DNA of 53,673 bases from Candidatus Sungiibacteriota bacterium (GCA_016196115.1 JACPYI010000027.1:1-53673); one strand, 5' to 3'. Shown: positions 20,294-29,783, numbered from the stretch's first letter. Made by a program: numbers and translations. The notes: generated from the letters alone by a model not told the origin.

Positions 20294-21400
20294 TTATCTT
20301 GATGTAAGTTCATACAGCGCCAGGCCGATGGCGACCGAGAATGACGGGCTGATTTCCTGAAGCATGGGCTGGATAAAAGGCGGGGTGACCACGCGGCTGA
20401 ACGGGTTGCCCCGGGTTACTTCAGTCCCAAAATGTGTCGCGGCAAGGTCAATCAGGCCTTTGAGCTGGGATCCTCCTCCGGTAAAGTCAACTTTCTGGAT
20501 CTTGCGGGATGTTTTCCGATTATAGAGCTGCATGGCGTGGTTGACTTCCGTAAGCAGCGACGTCACCAGCGGCGTCATGACCGAGGTGATCTCGCGCTCC
20601 TCAATGCGATCGCTCAAACCCATTTCGCGCTTGAGGGCCTCTGCTCGTTCTTCGCTGACCGCGAGTCCGCGTTCGATTGCACGGGTGAGCTCCTGTGAGC
20701 CGTGGTTAAAACCATGAGAGAGTCGGACAATGCCCCGGTCCACCACGGCAAGAGTTGTTGAGTGGTGTCCCATATTGATCACCGCAGTGGTCGTGGGATC
20801 GCGTCCGATGAGCGAACGCACCACGCTGAATGTTTCAATCTCGATGGCGCGAGTACGGATGCCGGTCAACTCTGCAATGCGCTTGAACTTCTCGACCACT
20901 TCCTTGGGAACCGCGACGAGCAATACTTCTATGGTATCACGCGTGTCGTCATTTTCCAAGATCGTCCAGGCAAGCGTCACTTCAGAAAGCGGAATCGGCA
21001 CGTATTTGCGGGCCTCAAGGGGTACCGCGTCATTAATCTCTTGCAAAGATATTTTCGGAAACGGAATGGTAACGGTGAACCCGGATGTTGCCGGAACCGA
21101 GAGCACGGCATCGCGTGCCGTAACTTTGGATTCCCGCAGCACGTCCTGCACGAGCGTTGCAATATCCTTGTCAAGAAACCGCAGAAATCCGCTGCCCACT
21201 CCGGTGGCGCTCTTCAGATACCCGGCGTTCAAAAGCTCACCGTATGTCTCAAGGATCGCCCGCTCCGATTCGTACCGCAATTGTACCACCTTGGTCGAAT
21301 ACGTGCCAATGTCAATCCCCACCACCCGCGACGGCTTGCCGCTCAAAAACGAGAAATTCAACCCCGGCGGTATTATCTTTTTCAAAAAAGGAATATCCAT
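20294..21400 (-). CDS. pilM: type IV pilus assembly protein PilM (actin-like ATPase fold)
   Basis: 368 aa with VGIDIGTYSTKVV, an actin/Hsp70-type phosphate-1 motif. First gene of the pil operon. Confidence 0.85.
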   Translation of the reverse strand: MDIPFLKKIIPPGLNFSFLSGKPSRVVGIDIGTYSTKVVQLRYESERAILETYGELLNAGYLKSATGVGSGFLRFLDKDIATLVQDVLRESKVTARDAVLSVPATSGFTVTIPFPKISLQEINDAVPLEARKYVPIPLSEVTLAWTILENDDTRDTIEVLLVAVPKEVVEKFKRIAELTGIRTRAIEIETFSVVRSLIGRDPTTTAVINMGHHSTTLAVVDRGIVRLSHGFNHGSQELTRAIERGLAVSEERAEALKREMGLSDRIEEREITSVMTPLVTSLLTEVNHAMQLYNRKTSRKIQKVDFTGGGSQLKGLIDLAATHFGTEVTRGNPFSRVVTPPFIQPMLQEISPSFSVAIGLALYELTSR

Positions 21401-21407
21401 TGCGTCC

Positions 21408-21459
21408 AGTATAGGGCATTTTCAAATACTTATCCATTCGAAAGTATCTTACCTGTCAA
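21408..21459 (-). promoter_or_regulatory. promoter candidates for the pil operon
   Basis: Minus strand: TTGACA (21459-21454), 17 nt, TGGATA (21436-21431), 17 nt, TATACT (21413-21408). The last hexamer is 7 nt from the pilM ATG with no SD. Confidence 0.35.
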
Positions 21460-21470
21460 CAGCGGTACGG

Positions 21471-21506
21471 CAAACAACCCCGCGCCTCTTTGAGAAGAAG
21501 CGCGGG
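21471..21506 (-). terminator. rho-independent terminator after the metalloprotease-like gene
   Basis: Minus strand: CCCGCGC-TTCTTCTCAAAGAG-GCGCGGG followed by GTTGTTTG. Confidence 0.6.
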
Positions 21507-21532
21507 ATGTCATGTAGCTACTAAGTACCATC

Positions 21533-22333
21533 CTAGTTTGCCCAAATAACAAAGGTAAATATCTTGTTCCCTTTGCCCAGATCCCTCTCATGAAGAGAGC
21601 TGCGCCCGTCGCGGGACTTTTTTATAACTTTGCCCCATTCGGACGGATTTGAGGTATCAACGTCATCGCCTGCCGATGCCGGCGCGGAAGATTTTGTGCT
21701 GAAAAGGGTCGTGAAGGCGTCAAGATGCTGATAAATTATGCCGAGTTCATCGTAATCATGGGCGTTGGGGTGCAGATTATCGCCCAATCCGTCATTTCGA
21801 GCAGGATCATTCGTATAATCCATGCACGTGCCAAGGTTCTTATTGTAGAAGTCCACGTCCTGGTGGTCAAGTCCGAACGTGTGCCCGACCTCTTGGCACA
21901 TAACGAATTGCCGCCATGCCTGAGTATTGTACGTCGCGGTATTAAAGTACGTGTCGTTCAGCTTTACCGTTCCTTGCGTGATGTGGCTGCCGCTGACCCA
22001 GATGGATGCTATGCCAAGCCAGCCGTTATTGCCATACGTTTTATTGCAAACCTCTACGCGCCCATTTGTGGGCTGACAGTTCCCTTTGGACCCGCCGACA
22101 ATGATCGCGGTATCCAACACCGGGGATGCGCTCCAATCAATTGATGCCATAGCAAGACGGCTGTCCCATATTGTTGATACATTATCGCCAAGCTTCACGA
22201 TGAACGGATTGACGGTATGCGCCCAGTGGTAACCGCCCCACCAATGAGTCGCATACGCAACGGATGCGAACGCGCCAACCGATACAAGCAAAGCTGCTGC
22301 TGCGAATCTATTGAGACGAAAAGATTTAAACAT
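21533..22333 (-). CDS. secreted metzincin-like protein with QExxHxxGxxH in place of HExxHxxGxxH
   Basis: Signal peptide MFKSFRLNRFAAAALLVSVGAFASVAYA. Motif VMCQEVGHTFGLDHQD, where the codon CAA (Gln) was read directly. Start set to ATG 22333. Confidence 0.6.
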   Translation of the reverse strand: MFKSFRLNRFAAAALLVSVGAFASVAYATHWWGGYHWAHTVNPFIVKLGDNVSTIWDSRLAMASIDWSASPVLDTAIIVGGSKGNCQPTNGRVEVCNKTYGNNGWLGIASIWVSGSHITQGTVKLNDTYFNTATYNTQAWRQFVMCQEVGHTFGLDHQDVDFYNKNLGTCMDYTNDPARNDGLGDNLHPNAHDYDELGIIYQHLDAFTTLFSTKSSAPASAGDDVDTSNPSEWGKVIKKSRDGRSSLHERDLGKGNKIFTFVIWAN

Positions 22334-22344
22334 GGTGAGTAAAA

Positions 22345-25300
22345 TTAGTGTGTTAACGAGTTGGAGTCCCACTGAATACTTCCTGCAGTTTTGCCCGGGT
22401 GAGCGGGCCTACGCGGCCGTTCTGGGTGATGCCGTACTTTTGCTGGAATTTCTTTACGGCGCGCAGCGTTGCCGGACCGAAATTGCCGTTCACGATACCT
22501 TGTGGATAGAGCGAGGCTTCCTATGGCAAGATCTTGCACAAACACCGAAGCGCTTCCACCGGTGGTCATGGATCCGGATGCAGGGGTTGGACTTGGAGCG
22601 GGTGTCGTGGTAACAGCCGTTTGTGCTCCGAATACTTCCTGCAGTTTTGCCCGGGTGAGCGGGCCTACGCGGCCGTTCTGGGTGATGCCGTACTTTTGCT
22701 GGAATTTCTTTACGGCGCGCAGCGTTGCCGGACCGAAATTGCCGTTCACGATACCTTGTGGATAGAGCGACGGATTAGTCACGCGGGAGAGCGCGTTTGC
22801 CGGGCCCGATGGTGCTGTCGCTGTTGCTCCAACGGGCGTCTGGGTTGATTTTGTAACAGTGCTTACTGCAGGTGTTGGCGCAGGAGTAGGTGCCGGAGTT
22901 ACCTGCCCGATTGAAGGCGACCCGCCGCCGCCTGAACTTGCCGGAGTACTTGCCCCGCTCGCATTCGCGATTGCCACGGATACCGCCGCCGTTGCCGCTG
23001 ATTCGTGATTTGCCGTGTTGAACGCCGAGATCTTGTAGTAGTACGTGGTACCGGCATCGGCATTATCAGTGTAGCTTGCTACCGCGCCCAGCGTGGCCCG
23101 AAGCGGGAACGAACCGGAGGAAGACGTATCGCGGTACACAAAGTATCCGGACAGGTCATTTTCGGTATTTGCGGTCCATGTCAGTGATGCGGTTACCGCG
23201 CCGGAGGTTTGGGAGACCGCCAGTCCGGTCGGAGTTGCGGGCGCGGAGCCGTTCGTCGGAAAAGACAGCGCGTAGGGAGAGAAGTGGGAAGCGCTTGAGG
23301 TGGTAAAATCAACCGAGGTCACGTTGGAGAGATTCGACGTCGAGGTTACGGCATTGCCGCTTGCGTCCTTGTAGGTCGCGACCGTGCTCAATGATTCCCA
23401 TGTTTTTTTATCGTCGCTCCAGCTCGCCACGGTAACGGCGGCAACTTCCGTGGTTGTGTCAATGCCCTCGGCAGCCAAATCAGCTTTTGTCATATTCAGC
23501 GTTACCTCTGCGGTCTTGCCGGTCTGGAGATTGGTAACCACGCTTGAGCCGTTGACCGCGCTGATGTCCCACCCGGCATCGCCCAGCACATTGGTATCGC
23601 TCGATACAGGCACGTTCGTGGTCTTTTTGGCCGAGAGATAGGCGGACGATCCGGCCGATCCGAGCGCACCCGAGTCAAGTCCCACTTTCACGCCCACCGT
23701 CGAGTCGGAGAATGATCCTGCCGACGTATCGGTGAACGTGTTTGAGGTCGAAAGTTTGGTGATGAGAGACGTGCTTATGGCGAGCGGAATGGTGATGCCC
23801 GTGGCGCCCGCAGAGACCGGATTGCCGGTGTAGGCGGTTTTTTGCGCGCCGTCGGTTGCGGCGTATACTTTCCACTGGCCTGAATCAACCGTGAGCGTAT
23901 AGGTGCCGGACGCATTTGTTTTTGTGGAGCTGAAACCGGTCCCGCCGACTCGCTCTGCCCAGACAAAGGCGTTCGCGACTCCGGATCCGGAGGAGGTCAC
24001 CGTACCCGAAATGCTTGAGCCGGCCGCGGTCATGACCAGGTTCAAACTTGCCGTACCTGCGGTCAGCGTAACCGTGCTTGCGGTGCCCAGATACCCGGGT
24101 TTGAACGCGATGACCTGATACGTGCTGGTCGCGGCCCGCACCACAAAGATGCCGCTTGAGGTCGCCTGAGCGCCGAATCTGATGTTTTTGGTCGGGTCAA
24201 CGAATTGCACCCATGCATCGGCAAGTTCATTGCCGCTCCCGATTGATCCGGCATACACCTTTCCGGAAATGTCAACCATGGCCGAGGCAGTGCTGTTGAG
24301 CACCACTTTTACCGCTTCGGCTCCGTTCACCTGCAACACTCCGCTCAACACGAGCGTGGTTGCGACATCGTCGGTCGCTACGGAAAGATTCTGCGGAGGC
24401 ACGCCGTCAATGAACGCGCGTACCGTGGTGCTCGCGCCGTTGGGGACCTGGATCGTGGTGCTCGTGCCGTTGATGATTTCGCCGTGGGTGCCGAATCCGG
24501 TGTTGATGTCGAGAAGGTCAATGAACGCATGGCTGACGGTAATTGCCGCGCCCGTGTTGTCTTTGACGGTTACGGTCACGGTCTGGCGGGGCTGGACGCG
24601 GATCGGCTTGTAAAGATCCGCGGTAAGGGTCAGCGACGTGATGGCGGCAAGATTATGATCAAGCGGCGCGATACGGCCGTATCCTGGCTTGAAGATATCG
24701 GCAAAGGTGTAGGTTCCGGAGGGAACGCGAAGCGTGAACGTGCCGTCCGATCCGGTAATGGTCTCGTTGGTTCCGTTTGCTCCGCTCACGCGCACGATCA
24801 CGCCCGAGACCCCCTCGGTCGAGGTCGCGATATTGGCATCAGATGATTCAAACACGATGCCGCTTAACGTGCGATAGGTAAGGGACGTTGACGGCGAGAA
24901 GTTGATGTTTGACTGGGAGGCGCCGCTGACGGTCACGTTCTGCTCCGGCATGGGGCCGAATCCGGGAATGAAGGCGTTTACTTTCCATGCGCCGTTGTCC
25001 ACATAGAGCGTGAAATTCCCGGACGAGTCGGTCTGGGAGTTCGCGTTGCCCGGGCCGTCGGTGCGATAGGCGAACACCGAGGCGTTGGAAACCGCATTGG
25101 TGCCATCGGTTACGCGGCCGGTAATCGTGTAGCCGGGTTTTTTCATCGTCAGCACAAAGGGATTTGCTCCGGATGATCCGGTTGACGCGGTTGCGGAGCC
25201 GTCTACGAAGACGCCGGTCGAGTTCACGACCACCGGAACCGTGCGCGAGGACTCCATGCCCGGAACGAACGCGCCGACATTAAACGACCCGTCGCCCACC

Positions 25301-28300
25301 TTCATGATAAACACGCCCGCGAGCGAGGTCTGCGCATTGGCGCCAAAACCCTGGCTCGGAGAGAACGCGAACACGCCGACTCCTGACATTATATTGCCGG
25401 AGGCGTCCTTCAAAATACCCGTGATGGTGCGGTTCGCGGTGGACACCGTGAAGGTGTTCGACGTGGTGGTAATGCCGCCGACCGTCGCGACACACGCGGC
25501 AGGAATCTTTTCGCATCCGGAGACCACCACTTCAACCGGTTTTGGCATGACCCATTTTGGCGCGGGTGGCGGCCCGAAGCTGGCTCCCCCCATCCCGATG
25601 GGCATTGCCGGGCCCATGCCCACGCCCCATGATCCGTTCACCTGCGGAATGGGAATGGTCACTATCGTAGTGCCGCTGTAATCGGTAGTGGCGGTGGTGA
25701 ATGTCTGCACGATGAAGCGCCCCGGACCGTTCGCAAATATCTGAATCTGCTCGCCAACCGTAAAGATCGCGTCCGCAGAGTTATTCGCGGTAAGTTTGAC
25801 CGCGAAGTTCAACGCGGACGTAGTCGCAATCAGAGCAAAGTTTCGCGTGATCAAGCTTGTGGAAGTCGCGTTCACCGGCGTCGGCATTGGCTCGCCAAAG
25901 AACCCGGTTGTTGACGCGCTGCCGCCCACTTTTACGCCGGTGATAATCGGATCAGTAAAGACCGCATAGCTCATTGACGTGCCGAAACTTGAGATTTGAT
26001 TGTTGATCGGAAGATTGGCAAACGAGTAATTGCCGGATGCGTCTGTGGTGGTCTCAAGCGTGCCGATTTGCGGAGCCATGAGCCGGATAGTCACATTTTC
26101 CAAGTTGCCCCCGTTTCCGGAGACGTTTCCGCGCACCGTCGTGGTCGCGGACCCTCCGATCGCGCCTCCGGAAATATAGATCGGGTTTGACGTGAATGAT
26201 TCGAGCAGATTGCCGGACGCATCTTTGGTTTTGATGTCAAGCAAATACCCGGAGCTGTCAACTCCCTTTGGAACCGACGGATTTTTGATGTCAACCAGCG
26301 AGAAGTTGAGTATATCGTGCGTATCGCTGTTTTCCGAGCGCGTTGGAGCCGTGCCCGTGGTAATGGTAATGGTCTTTGCCGTAGTGTCTTTGGCCACTGA
26401 CGCGATCGCAACCGTGCCAGTACCGGGGCCGTTGATATCCGCGTTCTGCGTCGTGATCTGCGGATTGTTGGCGCTTTCTTTCTTGGCGCAGCACAAGCTG
26501 AAATCGGAGCTTGACGGGAACGTGATCACGATAGTGCCGCTCACCGGAATCTGCTTGGAAATCGGAATCATAAATCCATAGGTGGTGCTCGCGGAAATAA
26601 ACTGATTCATCGGCATAACCTGCAACCCCGGAGCAAATCCGATGCCGAAGCTCGAGAAGTCCGTGATCTGGGGGCCAAAACTCCCGCCTCCAGTTCCGCC
26701 TCCCGGACCAAGGGATCCGCCGGACTGCGCTACCGAGAGTACCGTGCCGGTTACGGAACTTGATACGGTCATTGCGTTGCCCGAGATATCTTTGATATTT
26801 GAGACAATCACGCGGAATGCCGAACCCGGCTGCAAGAAGAGCCCGGATATTTGAGCCGTGCGCTTTGTCGCGTCATACGCGATCGTGTGCCCGGCAAGAG
26901 CCGAAAGCGTGGTGGTGGCGCCTCCGAACGCTACTTCATAATTTGCAAGATTGGTCGCATCAGTTGCTTTGACCGCCTCGCTGAATGTGACCGCAATGCC
27001 GAATACGTCGGCATTGGCGAAAAGAGGAGCAGGGGCAATTGAGTCGGAATTTGACGCCTCGGTCGAGTAGTTAAACGCCTGATAACCAATCTGGACATTG
27101 CTTATGTTCCGCAACGTTCCGGTGGCCAGAGTCAAAACCAGATTGCCTGATGCGCCGGCAGGAAGCGGATTGGTGGCGGTAAAGTGCCCTTCTTTGGCAA
27201 CCGGATCATAGCTCACGGTACCCGGCAGGTTTGACCCGCCGAACGACAGGGTAACTGCGCCGGACGTTGCGGTGCTCGGGTCAAGATAATCGTCGGTGAT
27301 GAATACAAAGTCCACCGCATTCAGGGCAAGCGCAGTGCTCGACGCGGTGGGAAACACGCCGATCACCACCGGCGCGCTCCCATCCGCATTTGCGCCTGTG
27401 GTAAACGTAGTCGTATACGGAGCGAACAAATGAATGCCGTTGCTTGTACTCACGCCCACCCCGACCGAAAGCGTGTATTGGGTATTCGCCGCAAGCGACG
27501 CGGGAACCAACGACAAGATGCTCGTGCTTGCATTGAATGACGGACTTGACAGCACGACATTCCCCCCGCTGCTCGAGAGAATGATGTTGTTATTGGTCAG
27601 CGTGGACACGCTCATATTGGCGGTGTTGAACTTTATGAGGATCTTGGCCAGATTGGTCGGGATGTTTGCGCTTCCCGGAAACGGCGTCGCGCCGATTACC
27701 ATGGGCGGCGTGGTATTGGTCTGCATTATTCCGGCCGCACCCGTGGTAAATGTGATTGAATAGGACTGATTGCCGTTAGTGAACGGATCCTGATCAAGCT
27801 GGACGCCGGATTGATCGCGCACGTCTGTGGACACCGTAAACGTATAGGTCGTGCTTTGCGACAAGGTTACTCCTCCGCTTCCGGGCGCCAATACACACTT
27901 TGCCTGGGGTTCAAAATTGCCGGGAAACGGATTGTATGTCACGCTCGCGCAAAGATTTGGGCCGCCTCCGGTCAGGGTTACGGTCGTGGTTGCCCCCGCG
28001 GAGATGATGGTACCCGTTGCGGCATTTTTGCTGAAATTAAACCCGATGAACGAAATGTCAACAGGCACGCTCATTTGGTTTGGCCCGGGAAATGATCCGG
28101 CAACTTGCAGTTTCTGCTCGCTGCCACCTCCTCCCCCGCCGCCACCTCCTGCGGCGCTAAATGTAAACTCCTGCGGGCTGAACGAGTTTTGCGGGTTTAC
28201 ACCTGCCGGCGGCTGGAGCGCAAAATCGTTGTTGTTGAAGCTGGTATCGCGGCCATTGCCGTTGGTTGCGTCAAATCCGCCGGTCGCCATGGACGTCGCG

Positions 28301-29442
28301 TCCGAAGTCGTGGTTGCTTTGCGTTCATAGCTCTTATCCGCGACAAGATTTGCAAGAGCCGTCGGCGGCGCGAGATTCGGCATCGTGGATGAAGCCGCGT
28401 TTGCCAGCGGCTGATTGCCCCATGCGATCAGATCTATTGCCGATGTGGTGGCAACCCTCGCGCCCGTAGCCGTCGTCGTAGTCGAAATAGACAAGCCTCC
28501 GTCCGCGATCAGGTCAGGATCACTTGGACCGGTCGGGTAGGTCGCGTCAGCAGGCGTATTTCCACCGTAGTTTGTAGCCGACGTGATCAGGAAGTATCCC
28601 CGAGGCGGGATTACACGGTTGATATAGGTGATCGTCTTCGTGGCGATTCCTCCATTGATATTATAAATAAAGAGATTCAGCGGCATGCGCGAGAGATCTA
28701 TGGGCAGATCGCCGGTATTGTAGAGCTCGATAAACTCATCGCCCGCATTACCGGTGCCGCCCTGTTTGACCTCGCTGATTTTTATGTTTGAAACATTTCG
28801 CTGAAACGTGGCTTTTCGCATACCGGTAAATGCCGTGCCTATGGCACCTCCCGATGTCGTGATCCAGTTGGCAGTCGTGGTCGCATATACTGCATGGCCG
28901 GTAACCAGCACGGCGCTGGTGGTGGCGCGCGCCACTACGTAATAGTCGGTCGGGCTTGTGCCTACGGCCCGCTGCGCCGGATCAACCGTAATGGTGATCG
29001 GGCTTGTGGTTGCCGGATCAGTCACGGCATTTAACCCGGTATTGAGCAAAATATCCTCGCTTGGCTGAAAGCCGAAGTGCGTGCCTGATTCGCGGTAGAA
29101 AAACAGATTGTTGATCTCGCCGTTTGCGGAGCCCGCATTGAGGTTGTAGATCGTCGTGGTTGAGGTTACGGCTACTGCCACGCTGTTGAGCGTAGCGCTT
29201 CCCGAGGACTGGGAAAGCCGGAACTGCACCAGCGGCACGTATGCCCCGCCCACAACGGTTGCGTCCTGAAAGAGCGGATCAATAGGGGGTCCGGCCACGG
29301 TAACTGCCGCATGAGCGCTTGGCGTTCCGGCTACAAAAATCGCCCCGATAATCATCGGGACGAAAAATGAAAACAATATACCTTTAACCACATCTCGAAA
29401 CGAGATGACGCGAGACGAGAAGAAAACAGTTGCGCTTCCCAT
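22345..29442 (-). CDS. giant (2365 aa) multidomain cell-surface protein
   Basis: N-terminal signal/TM ending AHA|A. Lamin-tail domain (NIKISEVKQGGTGNAGDEFIELYNTGDLPIDL, about 28400-28800). Gly9 linker. SbsA/Big_5-like Ig repeats. At least 6 carboxypeptidase-regulatory-like repeats (e.g. TDSSGNFTLYVDNGAWKVNAFIPGF). FN3 (about 23000-23260). PG_binding_1-like domain (22630-22770). The last 60 or so codons are a frameshifted reading of a second PG-binding copy. Confidence 0.85.
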   Translation of the reverse strand: MGSATVFFSSRVISFRDVVKGILFSFFVPMIIGAIFVAGTPSAHAAVTVAGPPIDPLFQDATVVGGAYVPLVQFRLSQSSGSATLNSVAVAVTSTTTIYNLNAGSANGEINNLFFYRESGTHFGFQPSEDILLNTGLNAVTDPATTSPITITVDPAQRAVGTSPTDYYVVARATTSAVLVTGHAVYATTTANWITTSGGAIGTAFTGMRKATFQRNVSNIKISEVKQGGTGNAGDEFIELYNTGDLPIDLSRMPLNLFIYNINGGIATKTITYINRVIPPRGYFLITSATNYGGNTPADATYPTGPSDPDLIADGGLSISTTTTATGARVATTSAIDLIAWGNQPLANAASSTMPNLAPPTALANLVADKSYERKATTTSDATSMATGGFDATNGNGRDTSFNNNDFALQPPAGVNPQNSFSPQEFTFSAAGGGGGGGGGSEQKLQVAGSFPGPNQMSVPVDISFIGFNFSKNAATGTIISAGATTTVTLTGGGPNLCASVTYNPFPGNFEPQAKCVLAPGSGGVTLSQSTTYTFTVSTDVRDQSGVQLDQDPFTNGNQSYSITFTTGAAGIMQTNTTPPMVIGATPFPGSANIPTNLAKILIKFNTANMSVSTLTNNNIILSSSGGNVVLSSPSFNASTSILSLVPASLAANTQYTLSVGVGVSTSNGIHLFAPYTTTFTTGANADGSAPVVIGVFPTASSTALALNAVDFVFITDDYLDPSTATSGAVTLSFGGSNLPGTVSYDPVAKEGHFTATNPLPAGASGNLVLTLATGTLRNISNVQIGYQAFNYSTEASNSDSIAPAPLFANADVFGIAVTFSEAVKATDATNLANYEVAFGGATTTLSALAGHTIAYDATKRTAQISGLFLQPGSAFRVIVSNIKDISGNAMTVSSSVTGTVLSVAQSGGSLGPGGGTGGGSFGPQITDFSSFGIGFAPGLQVMPMNQFISASTTYGFMIPISKQIPVSGTIVITFPSSSDFSLCCAKKESANNPQITTQNADINGPGTGTVAIASVAKDTTAKTITITTGTAPTRSENSDTHDILNFSLVDIKNPSVPKGVDSSGYLLDIKTKDASGNLLESFTSNPIYISGGAIGGSATTTVRGNVSGNGGNLENVTIRLMAPQIGTLETTTDASGNYSFANLPINNQISSFGTSMSYAVFTDPIITGVKVGGSASTTGFFGEPMPTPVNATSTSLITRNFALIATTSALNFAVKLTANNSADAIFTVGEQIQIFANGPGRFIVQTFTTATTDYSGTTIVTIPIPQVNGSWGVGMGPAMPIGMGGASFGPPPAPKWVMPKPVEVVVSGCEKIPAACVATVGGITTTSNTFTVSTANRTITGILKDASGNIMSGVGVFAFSPSQGFGANAQTSLAGVFIMKVGDGSFNVGAFVPGMESSRTVPVVVNSTGVFVDGSATASTGSSGANPFVLTMKKPGYTITGRVTDGTNAVSNASVFAYRTDGPGNANSQTDSSGNFTLYVDNGAWKVNAFIPGFGPMPEQNVTVSGASQSNINFSPSTSLTYRTLSGIVFESSDANIATSTEGVSGVIVRVSGANGTNETITGSDGTFTLRVPSGTYTFADIFKPGYGRIAPLDHNLAAITSLTLTADLYKPIRVQPRQTVTVTVKDNTGAAITVSHAFIDLLDINTGFGTHGEIINGTSTTIQVPNGASTTVRAFIDGVPPQNLSVATDDVATTLVLSGVLQVNGAEAVKVVLNSTASAMVDISGKVYAGSIGSGNELADAWVQFVDPTKNIRFGAQATSSGIFVVRAATSTYQVIAFKPGYLGTASTVTLTAGTASLNLVMTAAGSSISGTVTSSGSGVANAFVWAERVGGTGFSSTKTNASGTYTLTVDSGQWKVYAATDGAQKTAYTGNPVSAGATGITIPLAISTSLITKLSTSNTFTDTSAGSFSDSTVGVKVGLDSGALGSAGSSAYLSAKKTTNVPVSSDTNVLGDAGWDISAVNGSSVVTNLQTGKTAEVTLNMTKADLAAEGIDTTTEVAAVTVASWSDDKKTWESLSTVATYKDASGNAVTSTSNLSNVTSVDFTTSSASHFSPYALSFPTNGSAPATPTGLAVSQTSGAVTASLTWTANTENDLSGYFVYRDTSSSGSFPLRATLGAVASYTDNADAGTTYYYKISAFNTANHESAATAAVSVAIANASGASTPASSGGGGSPSIGQVTPAPTPAPTPAVSTVTKSTQTPVGATATAPSGPANALSRVTNPSLYPQGIVNGNFGPATLRAVKKFQQKYGITQNGRVGPLTRAKLQEVFGAQTAVTTTPAPSPTPASGSMTTGGSASVFVQDLAIGSLALSTRYRERQFRSGNAARRKEIPAKVRHHPERPRRPAHPGKTAGSIQWDSNSLTH
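22374..22514. repeat. 141-bp perfect direct repeat, copy B (out of frame in the giant ORF)
   Basis: Identical base for base to 22630-22770. The offset of 256 bp is 1 mod 3. Confidence 0.9.
22630..22770. repeat. 141-bp perfect direct repeat, copy A (in frame, encodes the PG-binding domain)
   Basis: Encodes SLYPQGIVNGNFGPATLRAVKKFQQKYGITQNGRVGPLTRAKLQEVF in the giant ORF frame. Confidence 0.9.
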
Positions 29443-29675
29443 ATGATGAGTTGATGAGTGAAACCAAACTGCGGCACGGATGCGTTTTACCTTTCAGTAA
29501 CGCGCAACTGGACTCCAGTGATCTCTCTCAGGATGAATAATAATTAGATAAAAAACTAAATAAACAAACGAGTCCGCTCCTCTTACGCTTTGGGAAAAGA
29601 CAAGAGAATGTCCGGACGAATTTTGTATGCGTCTCCAGTGTACAGCCGCACTATATTTCACGCAAATACCGTGCC

Positions 29676-29684
29676 TGTGGATAA
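29676..29684. promoter_or_regulatory. perfect DnaA-box 9-mer (TTATCCACA)
   Basis: tgtggataa lies in the divergent intergenic region between the giant gene and comF. Confidence 0.3.
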
Positions 29685-29783
29685 CTTCACACCTATACCC
29701 TCATGACATAATTATAGTTTTTTTGGAAGTTAAATTTATGAGGGTGCTGATATCAATACGGTTGCAAGCAAAAGTATTAGTTG

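Noticed and set aside
22374-22770. The 141-bp repeats as a CRISPR array or a DGR template/variable repeat pair
   Set aside because: There are only two copies, they are far too long for CRISPR repeats, and they lie inside a coding region. The copies are identical, with no adenine-specific mismatches, and no reverse transcriptase gene is nearby.
28110-28145. The Gly9 run in the giant protein as a slipped-strand phase-variation tract
   Set aside because: The DNA uses mixed Gly codons (GGA GGT GGC GGC GGG GGA GGA GGT GGC). The longest homopolymer is 5 nt, so it is not a simple-sequence contingency tract.
29676-29684. DnaA boxes as a replication origin
   Set aside because: The three boxes are single and 4-19 kb apart. 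There is no cluster, no adjacent AT-rich unwinding element, and no dnaA/dnaN in the window.
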